A stretch of 63,464 bases of DNA, filler included, from Octopus bimaculoides (lineage: Eukaryota): assembly GCF_001194135.2 (NCBI RefSeq). It is 4 parts of 4 records of this genome, joined end to end, with 100 filler letters (N's around TTAATTAATTAA, not from the genome) between each part and the next. Parts side by side here need not be neighbours in the genome. Positions count along the whole stretch, not along the records: positions 1 to 31,931 come from NC_068983.1; positions 32,032 to 47,712 come from NC_068997.1; 2 more parts are not named here. One strand, given 5' to 3'. How positions within the stretch are numbered: position 1 is the first letter of the stretch; each line of letters begins with the position of its first letter. The notes under the pieces are model-generated. The model did not search any database and was not told the DNA's origin. It saw only the letters and a program-made list of their open reading frames with translations. Positions 25,960 to 38,725 of this stretch are shown here, one piece after another. The translations under genes were made by a program, and so were the position numbers.

Positions 25960-26400
25960 AAAGAAGAAAAAAAGTACCAGAGAGAGAAGTGTTTTCAAAA
26001 GTGTTATTAGCCGGACGCTTGAAAAGAAGAAGGAAATGGTCTTTGACGTTTCGGATATAATCTTTCATCAGAAAAACGGAAAGAAAGAGCGGTGGTGGAG
26101 CAGAGAGAAGAAGATATAAATATTAAGAGCCAGGTGGGAATGTGGTTCTATGGGGAGGGCTTAGGAAGTGAGGAAGTGGTGGGGTGTTGTGTACATGTAT
26201 AGCTGAACATCTGTGTAAAGAGATAGCTAAGGAGAGAGATGGGAGAACACTGTAGATTGCAGGTGGTTAGCTAGGAGAACTTGTGGGTAGAGTGGGATTT
26301 GAGTGTAGTATAGGTGAAAGGGAGGCGTGGTAGGAGGAAAAATGGGGAAAACAGTGGAGAAAAACGGCGGAGCAGGTGAGAAAATATGTAAATAATTTAC
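25960..26400 (-). mobile_element. Penelope-type pseudo-LTR / 3' end
   Basis: Pyrimidine-rich sense strand followed by a hammerhead motif and a short T-rich tail; same architecture as 51800-52300 and 55620-56060. Confidence 0.6.
26039..26077 (-). ncRNA. Minimal type I hammerhead ribozyme motif with canonical core
   Basis: Sense GTTTTT-CTGATGA-A-AGAT-TAT-ATCC-GAAA-CG-TC-AAAGAC: 6-bp stem I, CUGAUGA, GAAA, palindromic ACGU stem III, GUC cleavage triplet; one mismatch at the base of stem II. Confidence 0.7.
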
Positions 26401-27650
26401 AAAAACAGGTGCAAATTCAGATGAAAAGTTATAAAGTTGTTAAAACGTAATAAAAATATTCAAGAAGAAAGATAGACTATCGGAAGAAAAATAATTTCTG
26501 CATGAAAGAGTATGTAAAGTAGGAAGGATTTTATCACAAGGTAGAGACTAAAATAGGATGGTTAAAAAAGTGATGAAAAACGTGGAGAGAAGCCTGTGGC
26601 AGAAAAATTGAAAGAAGTAGTTGAAAATGGAGAAAGCATCGTAAAAAGAATATAAAAATGGTTGTTATTAAATAATGTAGAGAGAAAAGTTATTTGAGCC
26701 AGGAAATTGATTACAGCTGAAATTGTTGATGAAATCTAATAGAGAGGCAAAGTTACCAGTAAGACCTCGAGTGAAAATAAACAGGAATGGTTTAAAGATT
26801 GGTTGGTGATGTTTGTTGAGACGAAATTGAAGGAAGTAGTAGAACTAGGGATGAATTGTCTAAAGAAGGCGAAAACATGTGTTGCAGTCTATGTATATAT
26901 ATGCACACGAATACTAATTACATTGGTAACAAAATAAATATACTTTCTTTGCCTTAAATTGGAATATACCTGGCCTTGATATCGCTGTTGTTCTCCCTTC
27001 AAGCCAAATCTCAGTTTCCCAAGTTTTCTTTCTTTGTCTGCCTCTGGTTTTTCTTTCATTTGTCGTCATATTTACACACAAACACTAAAGCACATTATAT
27101 GGTCGAGAATAGATTTTTCTATTCTGCAGTAAAGTACATTGTAAAGTACATTCGCTCCGTTGCATTGTCTCAGTTTGATTAAAAAGTTAAAAGGAAATGT
27201 GTTACAATGAGTTTTCCTACACTAAGCGGGCAAAATCAATGGATTGTATTAGTTTTAAGGGCATGTTTCGTGGACATTGGTAACAGATTAATGAGCATCT
27301 TATATATGAAAAATGATTCACGAATAAGAAGCCGAATAGACAAATAAAAAGATATACTGGCAGCTAGCTATATATCTAGTTACATCATGTAACAAAACCA
27401 TATATATGTTATTATTTAATTAAATTTTGACTTTATTATAATATAAGTGTAAATAAATGAAAATATCAGCGAAATTTAATAGAAAAACGACGAAATCGCA
27501 GTTACAAATAACTCGTTAGTCTAGGGGTATGTATGCATGTATGCATATATATCTCTGTGTGTGTGTATGTTTAAATATATATATATATGTTTATATAAAT
27601 ATGTGTATGTGAATGTATACATATATACACGCACATACATACACATATCA

Positions 27651-27765
<115 letters not shown>

Positions 27766-28815
27766 CATCCATACCAACACACATAAACTTAAGAAATTTT
27801 AACTCGTAGTCTACATACGTCATATTTCATAAAATCTTATTAAATTCAGAATTTAGTCTATAACTATTGTGTCTATGTGTGTGTGTGTGTGTGTATGTGC
27901 GCACGTGTGTGTATATGTGCGCACGTGTGTGTATATGTGCGCACGTGTGTGTATATGTGAGCACGTGTGTGTCTATGGTGGGGATGTGTAAATAATGCAA
28001 ATCCTTTTTCCCGATATATATGTATAAGCTTGCCATAGGTCTCGCTTTGTCCGGAAGAATCTCGAGATGTACCGGCCATAGATCAAAGACTTAAATTCTA
28101 AGAAAGAAAACTAAAAAGATATTGAAATCGGTAAAGAGTCCTAATCTCAGCGTTCAGAACTCAAATACTAATAAAAATTCAAGTCTAAACCTAGCACTGT
28201 TTCTTTATCAGGAGCCCAGATGTGTTTGATGAACCTTTGTTATAATAGTACTCTCAAGTCACTTGAAGGTAGACATCGTAGTTTAACCACATTTTCTGAG
28301 TCCCTTATTCTATTCCGGGATGAAAAATTAATTATTCACGGTATTAAGATTATGTTATATTAACAAAAAAGCTATAGTTTATACCTTATTTCTTTTAAAT
28401 AAGGATCTAAACATGCTTAATCTTGCTAAATGTTTGAAGATCAAAGTCTAATAATAGAGAAATGGAAGCAAATTGCATACAAGGATAATTAGGTCATGCA
28501 AGTTCCTCATACATTAATATCTATGATACTCCTGTCGTAAAGTTGGTCTCAATTTGAATTTAAGAAATTGTTAAGCGTATATATGTCATAAACAATGAAT
28601 AAGGATTAGTAAGTACTTCACATAACGATTAATCTTTTTTTATTGTAGAAAATACACGGCGTATTTCATTATATAATAGATGCTAAAGTATCATTAGATA
28701 TGGAACAATATCGAGGCATATGATGCGTGCCTATGTACTTTCGACCGACAAAACAGATGAAACCTTTTCCGATATATGTATATATATATATATATATATG
28801 TGCATCGATATTATT

Positions 28816-28849
<34 letters not shown>

Positions 28850-29013
28850 NNNNNNNNNNNNNNNNNNNNNNNNNNNNNNNNNNNNNNNNNNNNNNNNNNN
28901 NNNNNNNNNNNNNNNNNNNNNNNNNNNNNNNNNNNNNNNNNNNNNNNNNNNNNNNNNNNNNNNNNNNNNNNNNNNNNNNNNNNNNNNNNNNNNNNNNNNN
29001 NNNNNNNNNNNNN

Positions 29014-29049
<36 letters not shown>

Positions 29050-29109
29050 CGTATAAGTATATATAACGTATATAACTTAGATATGCTTCCGCCAAAGATT
29101 GGCTCAGGC

Positions 29110-31135
29110 CATGTTTAACTTAATAGCACCACCTGATAGGATCTGTTATCTGTTAAGTCATTTTAAAGTCAAGTTTTGTTGTATTATGGCCTATTCCTAT
29201 ATGTTGACTGATATGTATTCAAGTGTAGATGACTTATCTGACTTTTGTCCAGGTTTCGTTTGAAGGTGATGGTATTTTGAAGGAAGAGAATATGATTGTT
29301 GGAACACATGAGTTCAAATCTTCTCTCGTTTAACCGCATATTGTTTTTGTCCGTACTTTGGCTTACAGTATGTATACCATACCGGAGTTCAGTTTGGAAT
29401 TCATTGATAATTTTCTGGAATTTAGAGTCATCTGCAAATATGTTTGTTTTGCCTTGTTTGATGACGCTTGAGATGTCGTTTAAATGGATTATAGAGAAAA
29501 GCGGAGCCAAAACAGTCCCCTGGGGACACCACTGACGACTTTTGCTGGGATTAAGTGAATTCCTCCAATCGCAACATGTGCTCTGTTCACCTGGAAATAC
29601 TTTGTCCAGCGTGGCAGTTTACCATGTATCCCAATACTTGACTGGAGGATATTGTGGGGTCAACTCTATCGAACGATTCGCTGAAGTCAAGATATATGAC
29701 ATCAGAGTTCGATTCTGATCCCAAAGCTTTAAGGATATCATCGATGTGCTGTAAAAGCTATGATAAGCAGTTCTTGCCACAGTGAAAGCCATGCAGATTG
29801 GAATTTATATGGCTATGGCTCTTCAAGAACCCGCTTATCCTTGACCTCATCACACTTTCAAACAATTTGATGATATGGGAGGTGAGTGAGATTTGGCGAT
29901 AGTTAACTGCAAGAGACCTGTTTCCCTTTTTGAAAACCCTGATGACACATTGGGATAAGAACTGTGTTGGTATTTAGTTTGAGTTTAAAGAATTTCTCCG
30001 GAGGCTGGTTAGAGGAGTTGCAGGCTGCTGTCTACATTCCTTCAGGACACTAGCGGATAATCTATTAGGGACCACTGCAGAATTATGCTTGATTTCATTT
30101 ATTGCTGCGACGCTGTCTGAGGCAGTAAAAATTATGTCAGATATAATATTTTGGGAACAGAGTTCGTTCAGATCCCTTCCGTCAATATCAGTGGGATCAC
30201 TAAAGACAGAGTAGTACGTTTCTACAGTACTTCTGCCGTACTTTCTTTAGAATCATGTCGGAAAATGTTGTTACCACCAATCAGTGGATCAACGGGTGAG
30301 TCAGTGGTGCTATGCTTGTTGGACGTACGAATAGAACACTTTCAGATTCTGCTTGATTTTTTTTGATTACCCAGTTTTCCTCTGTAGCTCTTTGGTTTGC
30401 AATGTAGGTTTTTATACTTATTGCTGTTGAATGAGGATGCAGCTGGTGGTAGTATTTTAATTAGCTGATATTTTTTCTACTAAGTCTTGATTCTCTCGAT
30501 GAATGTTTTTCTCTTGCTTGGAGCCTATTTCTATTAATGCTTGTGAGTTTCGTAGAAGCGTGTTTAGAGCACGTGTAAGTGACAATGTTCTCGAAGTGTT
30601 TCGATATCAGAAGAGCTGTGAGTGAAAGACCAGTCGATAAGTGACAGATCTTTTCTAATTGCTGTGTGATGATCGATATTTGTCGAACAGATAAACTGGG
30701 GCGAGAGTGTGACTGCAGAGTACCATGTTGTGGTCGGAGAGAAGAGTTTTCTGAACTGAAATGCTATGGATGGAGCAAGAGTGGTTTGTTAATATCAGGT
30801 CCAGAATAGTTTTGGCTTGTTGCTTCAAGCACAAGCTGGGTTAGGATAAACTCATCCATTAAATTAAATAGTAATTATGCTGCTGTTTTGTCTGGTGTAG
30901 TGCAGTTATCTAACTTCAGTGTATTTGTTAGCCAGTTCACATATGGGAAGTTAAAATCGCCCATCATTAACATGTTCCTGGAGTTGTGCTTTTGTTAGAA
31001 AGGACTTGATTTTGCTGAGGAACTTTTCAAAGCACTGCAGAAGAGATTGAGGAGGCATGTAGAGACTGACTATAGTTGTCATTAACTTTGTTGAATAGCG
31101 CATTGACTGTTATAACTTTAATTTTTGATGACGAC
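29110..31135 (-). mobile_element. CR1-clade LINE ORF2 remnant (APE through RT), many stops and frameshifts
   Basis: Manual translation gives MMGDFNFPYVNWL (APE). ORF 29184-29510 gives APLFSIIHLNDI...NIFADDSKF (RT motifs 4/5). Confidence 0.85.
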
Positions 31136-31264
31136 ATAGCTAAATAATTAATATAATATAGTTATATATATACATACACACACACACACACGCACACACA
31201 CACATACACACACACATATATATATAAATATATATATATATACATATATATATATACATACATA

Positions 31265-31326
<62 letters not shown>

Positions 31327-32099
31327 CATACACACATACATATTTATATATATATATATGCATACAAATACATGTAGGAGCATGTATGTGGATATACGTC
31401 TACACATGCACAAGCGTACAAGCGTACATGCATACATACATATACCTACCTGTACACACAGATAAACACATGCACACACACACACACACATACACACACA
31501 CACACACAACCACATATGTATCTGTGTTAGTGAGTGGTTTACGAGACAAACTTGAGACAAGCTTTTGAATAATTTGAATAATTCGAGTTGGCAGGAAAAC
31601 ATCGAAATTAAATCTCGCCGACACGGAAATCTACGCATGTGATTCTGTTTATTTCTGCTTATATGAAATGTTACGCATATATTCTAGAAAGAAGACGTGC
31701 AACAGCGTTAGCCTATGTGTAAAAAACTAAAAAATTCAGTTCGGCTTTTGCATCAGATAAAGAGGGAAGCATTATAAATGTAAATATACACGCAAATCTT
31801 GCATACAAATATTCCACAGAAGCAAACGACGTAGACTTATTGAAATGAATCAAATACTACGGATATCGATAATACAGATAATTTGTAACTTCTATGACAT
31901 TTTATTCTCTCCTGCTCATATATATATATATNNNNNNNNNNNNNNNNNNNNNNNNNNNNNNNNNNNNNNNNNNNNTTAATTAATTAANNNNNNNNNNNNN
32001 NNNNNNNNNNNNNNNNNNNNNNNNNNNNNNNTATATATGTATATATATATGTATATATATGTATATATGTATACATATATGTATATATATGTGTATATA

Positions 32100-32460
32100 T
32101 ATAATAAGATGAGAAAATAGAGAGGTAATTAATAAATTGTTATTTATTAATTAAGAAATTGACAAACATCCCTTACAGCAGTTTCAATTCCAGACCTTCA
32201 GAAAATTGATTAATTAAATTGAAAATGATCTAAAAGTCAAATCTATTCAGAGTAAAAGGCTACAAACCATGCAAGAATTAAACACCTATTTTGTTTATCC
32301 TTTTAACCTCTGAAGAGATTCAACTTTCAAATAATTTTTAATTCAATTAATTAATTTTCTGAATGTCTGGAATTGAAACAGCTGTAAGAGATGTTTGTCA
32401 GTTTTTTAATTAATAAATAACAACTTGTTAATTACCTCACTATTTTCTCATCTTATTATA
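32100..32460. mobile_element. Foldback/palindromic element: ~160-bp inverted arms (32100-32259, 32299-32460), 39-bp spacer, in (TA)n context
   Basis: TATAATAAGATGAGAAAATAG.GAGGTAATTAA.AA.TTGTTATTTATTAATTAA reads the same from both ends; the arms stay alignable to AAAAGG/CCTTTT. Confidence 0.9.
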
Positions 32461-32652
32461 ATAAATAGATATATATAAACCATGGTTTATATAATTATCT
32501 TGCAGTTGAGTATTAAATGTAATATTCAATATTCCTTGGATAGGTAACTAACCAGTACTTACATAGGATTTTGCTATCCCTTAATGAGGTTTGTTAACCT
32601 TGATTTGTGCTTATGTATGCGTGTGTGTGTGTATGTGTGTATGTGTATATAT

Positions 32653-32688
<36 letters not shown>

Positions 32689-32949
32689 GTATATATATAT
32701 ATATATATANNNNNNNNNNNNNNNNNNNNNNNNNNNNNNNNNNNNNNNNNNNNNNNNNNNNNNNNNNNNNNNNNNNNNNNNNNNNNNNATATATGTATAT
32801 ATATATATATATATGCACGTGTGTGTGTGTGTGTGAGTGTATAAACACATATATACATATATAAACACATAATTACACTGACATCTCATTTTAACAGATA
32901 TATTTACCAGAATTACATAAAAATATCTTGAAATACTAAAGAGTAAATT

Positions 32950-33520
32950 CATTCAATAAAATCGCCATTGGATTCAACCACGGCCTCTAGACGACTTCAG
33001 AATCTCCTGCAACTCTTCTGGACAATCTCCTTGTTTAAGTTGAGGAATGCTGCCACAATTGTTGCCTTCAGTTCATCTTTGGTGTTAAAGGATTTTTGTT
33101 GGTCACTCACTCAACTGCACCCCCACACATAATAATCAAGGGGGTTGCAGTCTGGTGAGTTAAGTGGCCTGATATTAGGGGTGATGTGGTCACAGAAATT
33201 GTCTGACAGCCATTACTGGGTTCTCTTACTTGTGTGGCATGGTGCAGAGTCCTGTTGCCAGACACAGAGTCTTCCAGCAGCCACCCTCTTGACCCAGGGC
33301 AGCACTACCTCCTCCAGGCACTTGATGTAGGCCTCCGTGTTAGGTCTGAGGCCGTGTGGGAGGATGAATGGAAGCATAATGTTACCATCACTAGTGATCA
33401 CTCCAAACAACATGATGTTGACTGGATGTTTGATTTTTATCACACTAGGTACATGTCCTCAGATTGCACTTTCCTCAGATTGACACCCAAACACTCTGAA
33501 ATGTTCGTATTGGAGCTTCC
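32950..33520 (-). mobile_element. Tc1/mariner transposase C-terminal remnant, maT/DD37D-like
   Basis: ORF 33213-33443 VNIMLFGVITSDG...WQQDSAPCHTS, continuing (manual) NSPDCNPLDYYVWG...NTKDELKATI...RLEAVVESNGDFIE. Confidence 0.8.
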
Positions 33521-33712
33521 AGCATGAATGCCAAGCAGTACAGCATGTCATTTCTAAATTTCTGGCAGAGTGAATTGTGTCATGGTGGTGTTTTTTTCAC
33601 AGACAATGCCCAACTGACCCTACTATACTGTGTAGTCAACAAAGTCAAAATAATGATGCACATGCATGAAATTAAAAATATATAATGGCAACAATTTACC
33701 CATCGCACCTTG

Positions 33713-33775
<63 letters not shown>

Positions 33776-33784
33776 ATATATATA

Positions 33785-33827
<43 letters not shown>

Positions 33828-34532
33828 NNNNNNNNNNNNNNNNNNNNNNNNNNNNNNNNNNNNNNNNNNNNNNNNNNNNNNNNNNNNNNNNNNNNNNNNN
33901 NNNNNNNNNNNNNNNNNNNNNNNNNNNNNNNNNNNNNNNNNNNNNNNNNNNNNNNNNNNNNNNNNNNNNNNNNNNNNNNNNNNNNNNNNNNNNNNNNNNN
34001 NNNNNNNNNNNNNNNNNNNNNNNNNNNNNNNNNNNNNNNNNNNNNNNNNNNNNNNNNNNNNNNNNNNNNNNNNNNNNNNNNNNNNNNNNNNNNNNNNNNN
34101 NNNNNNNNNNNNNNNNNNNNNNNNNNNNNNNNNNNNNNNNNNNNNNNNNNNNNNNNNNNNNNNNNNNNNNNNNNNNNNNNNNNNNNNNNNNNNNNNNNNN
34201 NNNNNNNNNNNNNNNNNNNNNNNNNNNNNNNNNNNNNNNNNNNNNNNNNNNNNNNNNNNNNNNNNNNNNNNNNNNNNNNNNNNNNNNNNNNNNNNNNNNN
34301 NNNNNNNNNNNNNNNNNNNNNNNNNNNNNNNNNNNNNNNNNNNNNNNNNNNNNNNNNNNNNNNNNNNNNNNNNNNNNNNNNNNNNNNNNNNNNNNNNNNN
34401 NNNNNNNNNNNNNNNNNNNNNNNNNNNNNNNNNNNNNNNNNNNNNNNNNNNNNNNNNNNNNNNNNNNNNNNNNNNNNNNNNNNNNNNNNNNNNNNNNNNN
34501 NNNNNNNNNNNNNNNNNNNNNNNNNNNNNNNN

Positions 34533-34591
<59 letters not shown>

Positions 34592-35124
34592 AATACATAT
34601 ATACTATCATATTTCATATTTAATATGTGTGGGTAATGTGTATGCATGGTATGTATGTGTGTGCATGTGTGTGCATATGTGTGGGCGTGTGTGTGTGGTG
34701 ACATTGTGGTTCGGCCATTCAGATCAAAATTGCTTGGTTGAATTCTGGGTGGAACATCCTGTCCTTGAGCAAGGCTCTTCATTCAGTTGCTGATTCATTC
34801 CACTTGGATGGGAATGAAAACCAACAACATCTGGAGGTTGGGGCTGGTGGGGGAGTTAACCCCTTGATGGACTGGTGTATGCCATAGACACTGGGATAAG
34901 CTTCCTAACCTAATGGCTATAGGCTCAAGACTTTAGAATTAACTTTACACACATGTATATTATGAGTCATGAATTTGGCAAAGAACCACTTATTTTGTGG
35001 AGATGGAAAGATGATCAAATATACTTCAGTCCTTGCCTGATACATGATCCTTAATATACACATAAATATATTTCTGTGTGTGTGTGTGTGTCTGTGTGTA
35101 TTATATNNNNNNNNNNTATATATT

Positions 35125-35158
<34 letters not shown>

Positions 35159-35159
<1 letters not shown>

Positions 35160-35425
35160 TACGGAGATGTACTTGCATAGCAAGTGACCTGATCTGAGAT
35201 CGTGTGCTGGAACGAAAGCAATTGCAGCGTGGAAGGTGTTTATAAGCCATTTAAAATAACACACAAAAACCGTTAGAGTCACTTCAACATTTAGATTTAA
35301 TTAAAATAGTTTAATTAAATTTAATTTAAAAAAAGAGATGCAGCACAGAATTTTGTCAGTGAACAGGTCACGGTCTCAAAGCGACGAAAATATTTTGACA
35401 CAAATTAAATTTAAATGTTGAAGTG
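35159..35425. mobile_element. Short pseudo-LTR-like repeat next to (TA)n with an internal segment bounded by 23-bp inverted repeats
   Basis: CACTTCAACATTTAGATTTAATT (35280-35302) vs AATTAAATTTAAATGTTGAAGTG (35403-35425), 1 mismatch; contains the hammerhead fold below. Confidence 0.6.
35351..35403 (+). ncRNA. Hammerhead-like fold with G3:C8 covariant core
   Basis: TGTCA-GTGAACA-G-GTCAC-GGTCTCAAA-GCGAC-GAAA-ATAT-TT-TGACA: stem I 5 bp, stem II 4/5 bp, palindromic AATATT stem III. Confidence 0.6.
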
Positions 35426-35825
35426 GAGACCTATTGAGTCAAGTACATCAACATCAATATTGAAATCAAATTACAATCAAATGGAAATTGTAGTTGTGAT
35501 CCCTGTGCCGGTGGCACGTAAAAAGCACCATCCGAACATGGCCGATGCCAGTGCTGCCTTGACTAACACCATACCAGTGGCACGTAAAAGCACCATCCGA
35601 TTGTGATCAATGCCAGCACCTCTGGCCCCTGTGCCGGTGGCACGTAAAATGTACCCACTACACTCTCGGAGTGGTTGGTGTTAGGAAGGGTATCCAGCTG
35701 TAAGAACACTGCCAGATCAGATTTGGACTGGTACAGCCTCCTGGCTTCCCAAGCCCCAGTCAAACCGTCCAACCCATGCCAGCATGGAAAATGGACGTTA
35801 AATGATGATGATAATGATGATGATA
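35426..35825 (+). mobile_element. RTE-type 3' UTR with GTGCCGGTGGCACGTAAAAAGCAC repeats and (GAT)n tail
   Basis: Same terminal module as 44575-44950 (GTGGTTGGTGTTAGGAAGGG.ATCCAGCTGTA...CAAACCGTCCAACCCATGCCAGCATGGAAAA). Confidence 0.7.
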
Positions 35826-35880
<55 letters not shown>

Positions 35881-36272
35881 ATGTGTGTGTGCATGTGTGT
35901 GTGTACAATGGAGCCTTGTGCAGCTCTCCGATTTGCTGGCTGCTGTCAAACCACCTAATCCATGTCAACATGGAAATTGGACATTAAATAACGATGATGA
36001 TAACACACACACATGTATGTACACACATGCATATCTGAGGTTATGTAATGCTGATGATTTCTAAAAAGAATGAAATACTGTACATGATTATCACTGACTA
36101 TAAACTTCGTAATAAGTAACAAAATTAGGCATGTATGTTCTATGCATCTTTTCATTTATTCCTAAACTTCAAATTCAAATATATAATCCAACCAATTATG
36201 TAGAAATGATTATCCCCCTTGTATTTACTGTCTGCTGTGGAGGCACAATATCTGCTGTAGAGGCACATTAAC

Positions 36273-36575
36273 TGTGGAAGTGCAATGGCCCAGTGGTTAG
36301 GGCAGTGGACTTGCGGTCGAAGGATCAGTTTCAATTCCCAGACCGGGCATTGTGTGTGTGTTTATTGAGCAAAAATACCTAAAGCTCCAGCAGGGGGTGG
36401 TGGCGACCCCTGTTGTACTCTTTCGCCCTAACTTTCTCTCACTCTTTCTTCTTGTTTCTTGAGTAACGCTGTGATGGACTGGTGTCTCTTCCAGTTGGGG
36501 GGAACACATACGCCATAGAAACCGGGAAACCCAGCCCATGAGCTTGGTTGGCTTTAAAAAGGGCATGTAAATCAA
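36273..36575 (+). mobile_element. tRNA-headed SINE group D, tail type 2
   Basis: TGGCCCAGTGG A box and GTTTCAATTCCC B box; body shared with 23152 and 44223; ATTAACTGT occurs on both sides. Confidence 0.8.
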
Positions 36576-37229
36576 TAAAAAATTAACTGTCTGCTAGGGG
36601 ACACCACACACACACACACATACACACACACATTTACACACATGCACACACATACACACACACATTTACACACATGCACACACATACACATACACACATG
36701 CATATGTGCACATGTATGTATATTTGCAAATGCATGAATGCAGGTTTGGCCTCATAGTTAACAAGTTCGCTTGTCAACCATGAAGTCTTGGGTTCAATTC
36801 CACTGTGGAGTATCTTGTACTTCAAACCTTTCAAGTGAGACTAGACTGAGAGAATTTGTGTGGAAACACATTGTACTTTTAATGCAACGGGCCAATTTAG
36901 TCATACAGTCTGTCACACTAATTCTGTCTGAGAATTAAATTAAGAGTACATGTGTCTGTGGAATATTCAGTCAATTAGTTTGTAATTCAATGAATGAATA
37001 GTTAAAATGATTAAACAACTGTAATACTCATCATAAAAGCATTGAAGCTGATGGAAGGTCCATTGACTTACATTTTTTCTCACTTCAATATCTGAATGTA
37101 CAAATGATAATATAAACATCTGGCCTATATAAACTTAGTAGATGACATGTGTTGAGAAAAATAGGGTAACAGCAAATATCACTGAATACAAGATGCATTC
37201 CAGAAGTTTCCAGACTTTTTCAGGAGAAA

Positions 37230-37860
37230 CATTTATTAATTTCAAAGAAGTACAAACCCTAATAGGACCTTCTGTCTTCAATGTACTTGTTATAGTATTG
37301 CAGCTACTTTGTGAAGGCCCCATGGAAATCTTTTAAAGTGAAAGTGTCCAGGACCCTTGTTACAGCCTCCTTCGTCTTTCCAATGTCTTCAAAACAACTG
37401 CCCCTGAGTTTCTCCTTCAGCTTGGGGAACAAGCAAAAGTTACATGGAGCAAGGTTTGGACTGTAGAAAGGGTGAGGGACAGTTTTGTTGCCCATCTCTG
37501 TCAAGTAGTAGGTTACCAGGATGTTTGTCACTGAGCATACTAGGAACAAACTTTGCACAAATTTTGTGCATGTTCACATCTTCATGAACAATTCTATGCA
37601 CAGTTGCCACACCAACTCCAGACCAACTCAGCACCAACTCTGTTTATTGTCTTTGTAGAAACACAACAATTTTCATCCAGAAAATTGAGAATTTTCTCAA
37701 CCAGCTCTGACATCTTTCTCGCTTCTACACCTTTCATCATCTCTCATCTCCTCTCAGCCATCCCTGAACCTCATGTGCCAGCAAATAGGTTAATCCATAA
37801 GCAGTCTGGGGCATTTTATAAATTTATGTAGAGTTTTTGCCAAGTTTAACAGAAAAGTTT
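37230..37860 (-). mobile_element. mariner (DD34D) transposase remnant, internally deleted
   Basis: VHRIVHEDVNMHKICAKFVPSML fused to VPHPFYSPNLAPCNFCLFPKLKEKLRG (YSPDLAP.D motif). Confidence 0.82.
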
Positions 37861-38419
37861 ATTTCATAATGAGCTTCCAAACGTCCTCACTGCCTTCTGA
37901 AAACTAATCAGCTGTGACAAGTAGTGCTTATCAGAGTGTGATGAAAGTGTTGTTAGTCGTCTCCTTCAATCTGGAATAACAAAAGTTGACAGATCAGTTT
38001 CTTAAATGTATTGTAATTAAATACTTAAATTACAATTATCTAGGACAGCTATAATTGCCTCTCTTAAAAATCTCTCAAAACATCTGGAATGCACCTTATC
38101 CATCAACACAAGAGTTTGTTCACTGAAGAGCCTGTCCCCACATGACTGCTTGATCAGCAAGAAATAGCCTCCATAACTTCCTTGACTCACAGTCAAGTAA
38201 AAAAAATGGGTAACACTGTCCAGGATAAATTATGTCTGGAGTAAAAACAAATGGGAAAGGACACAGGGTTACATAACAACTGCAATAAAAGCAGAGATAA
38301 ATTAGGGAGTGCTTATGCAGTTGCTCAACCTGCTAGAAAATGCTGCCAAATTTCTCTTGAATCATATTCTGATGTCTGAGAGAATGAATAACATATTAGA
38401 TAATGCATTCCTGGATATA

Positions 38420-38592
38420 CTAGGTGCAGGTGTGGCAGTGTGATAAGAAGCTTGCTTCCCAAGCACATGGATCCAGGTTCAGTCCCACTGTACGGCACCT
38501 TGAGTAAGTGTCTTCTACTATAGCCTTGGGCCGACCAAATCTTTGTGAGTGGATTTGGTAGATGGAAACTGAAAGAAACCCGTATTATATTT

Positions 38593-38623
<31 letters not shown>

Positions 38624-38653
38624 CATATATACATACATATACATACGTAGGTG

Positions 38654-38725
<72 letters not shown>

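Noticed and set aside
31976-31987. TTAATTAATTAA island between N runs, repeated at 47757-47768 and 58830-58841
   Set aside because: Each is 44 N + 12 bp + 44 N = 100 bp, an artificial scaffolding spacer with stops in all frames; not biology.
33666-34793. Long ORFs of 200-375 aa here and at 39123-40174, 48733-49451, 58046-58781 and 61218-62149
   Set aside because: Open only because they run through N gaps and dinucleotide repeats.
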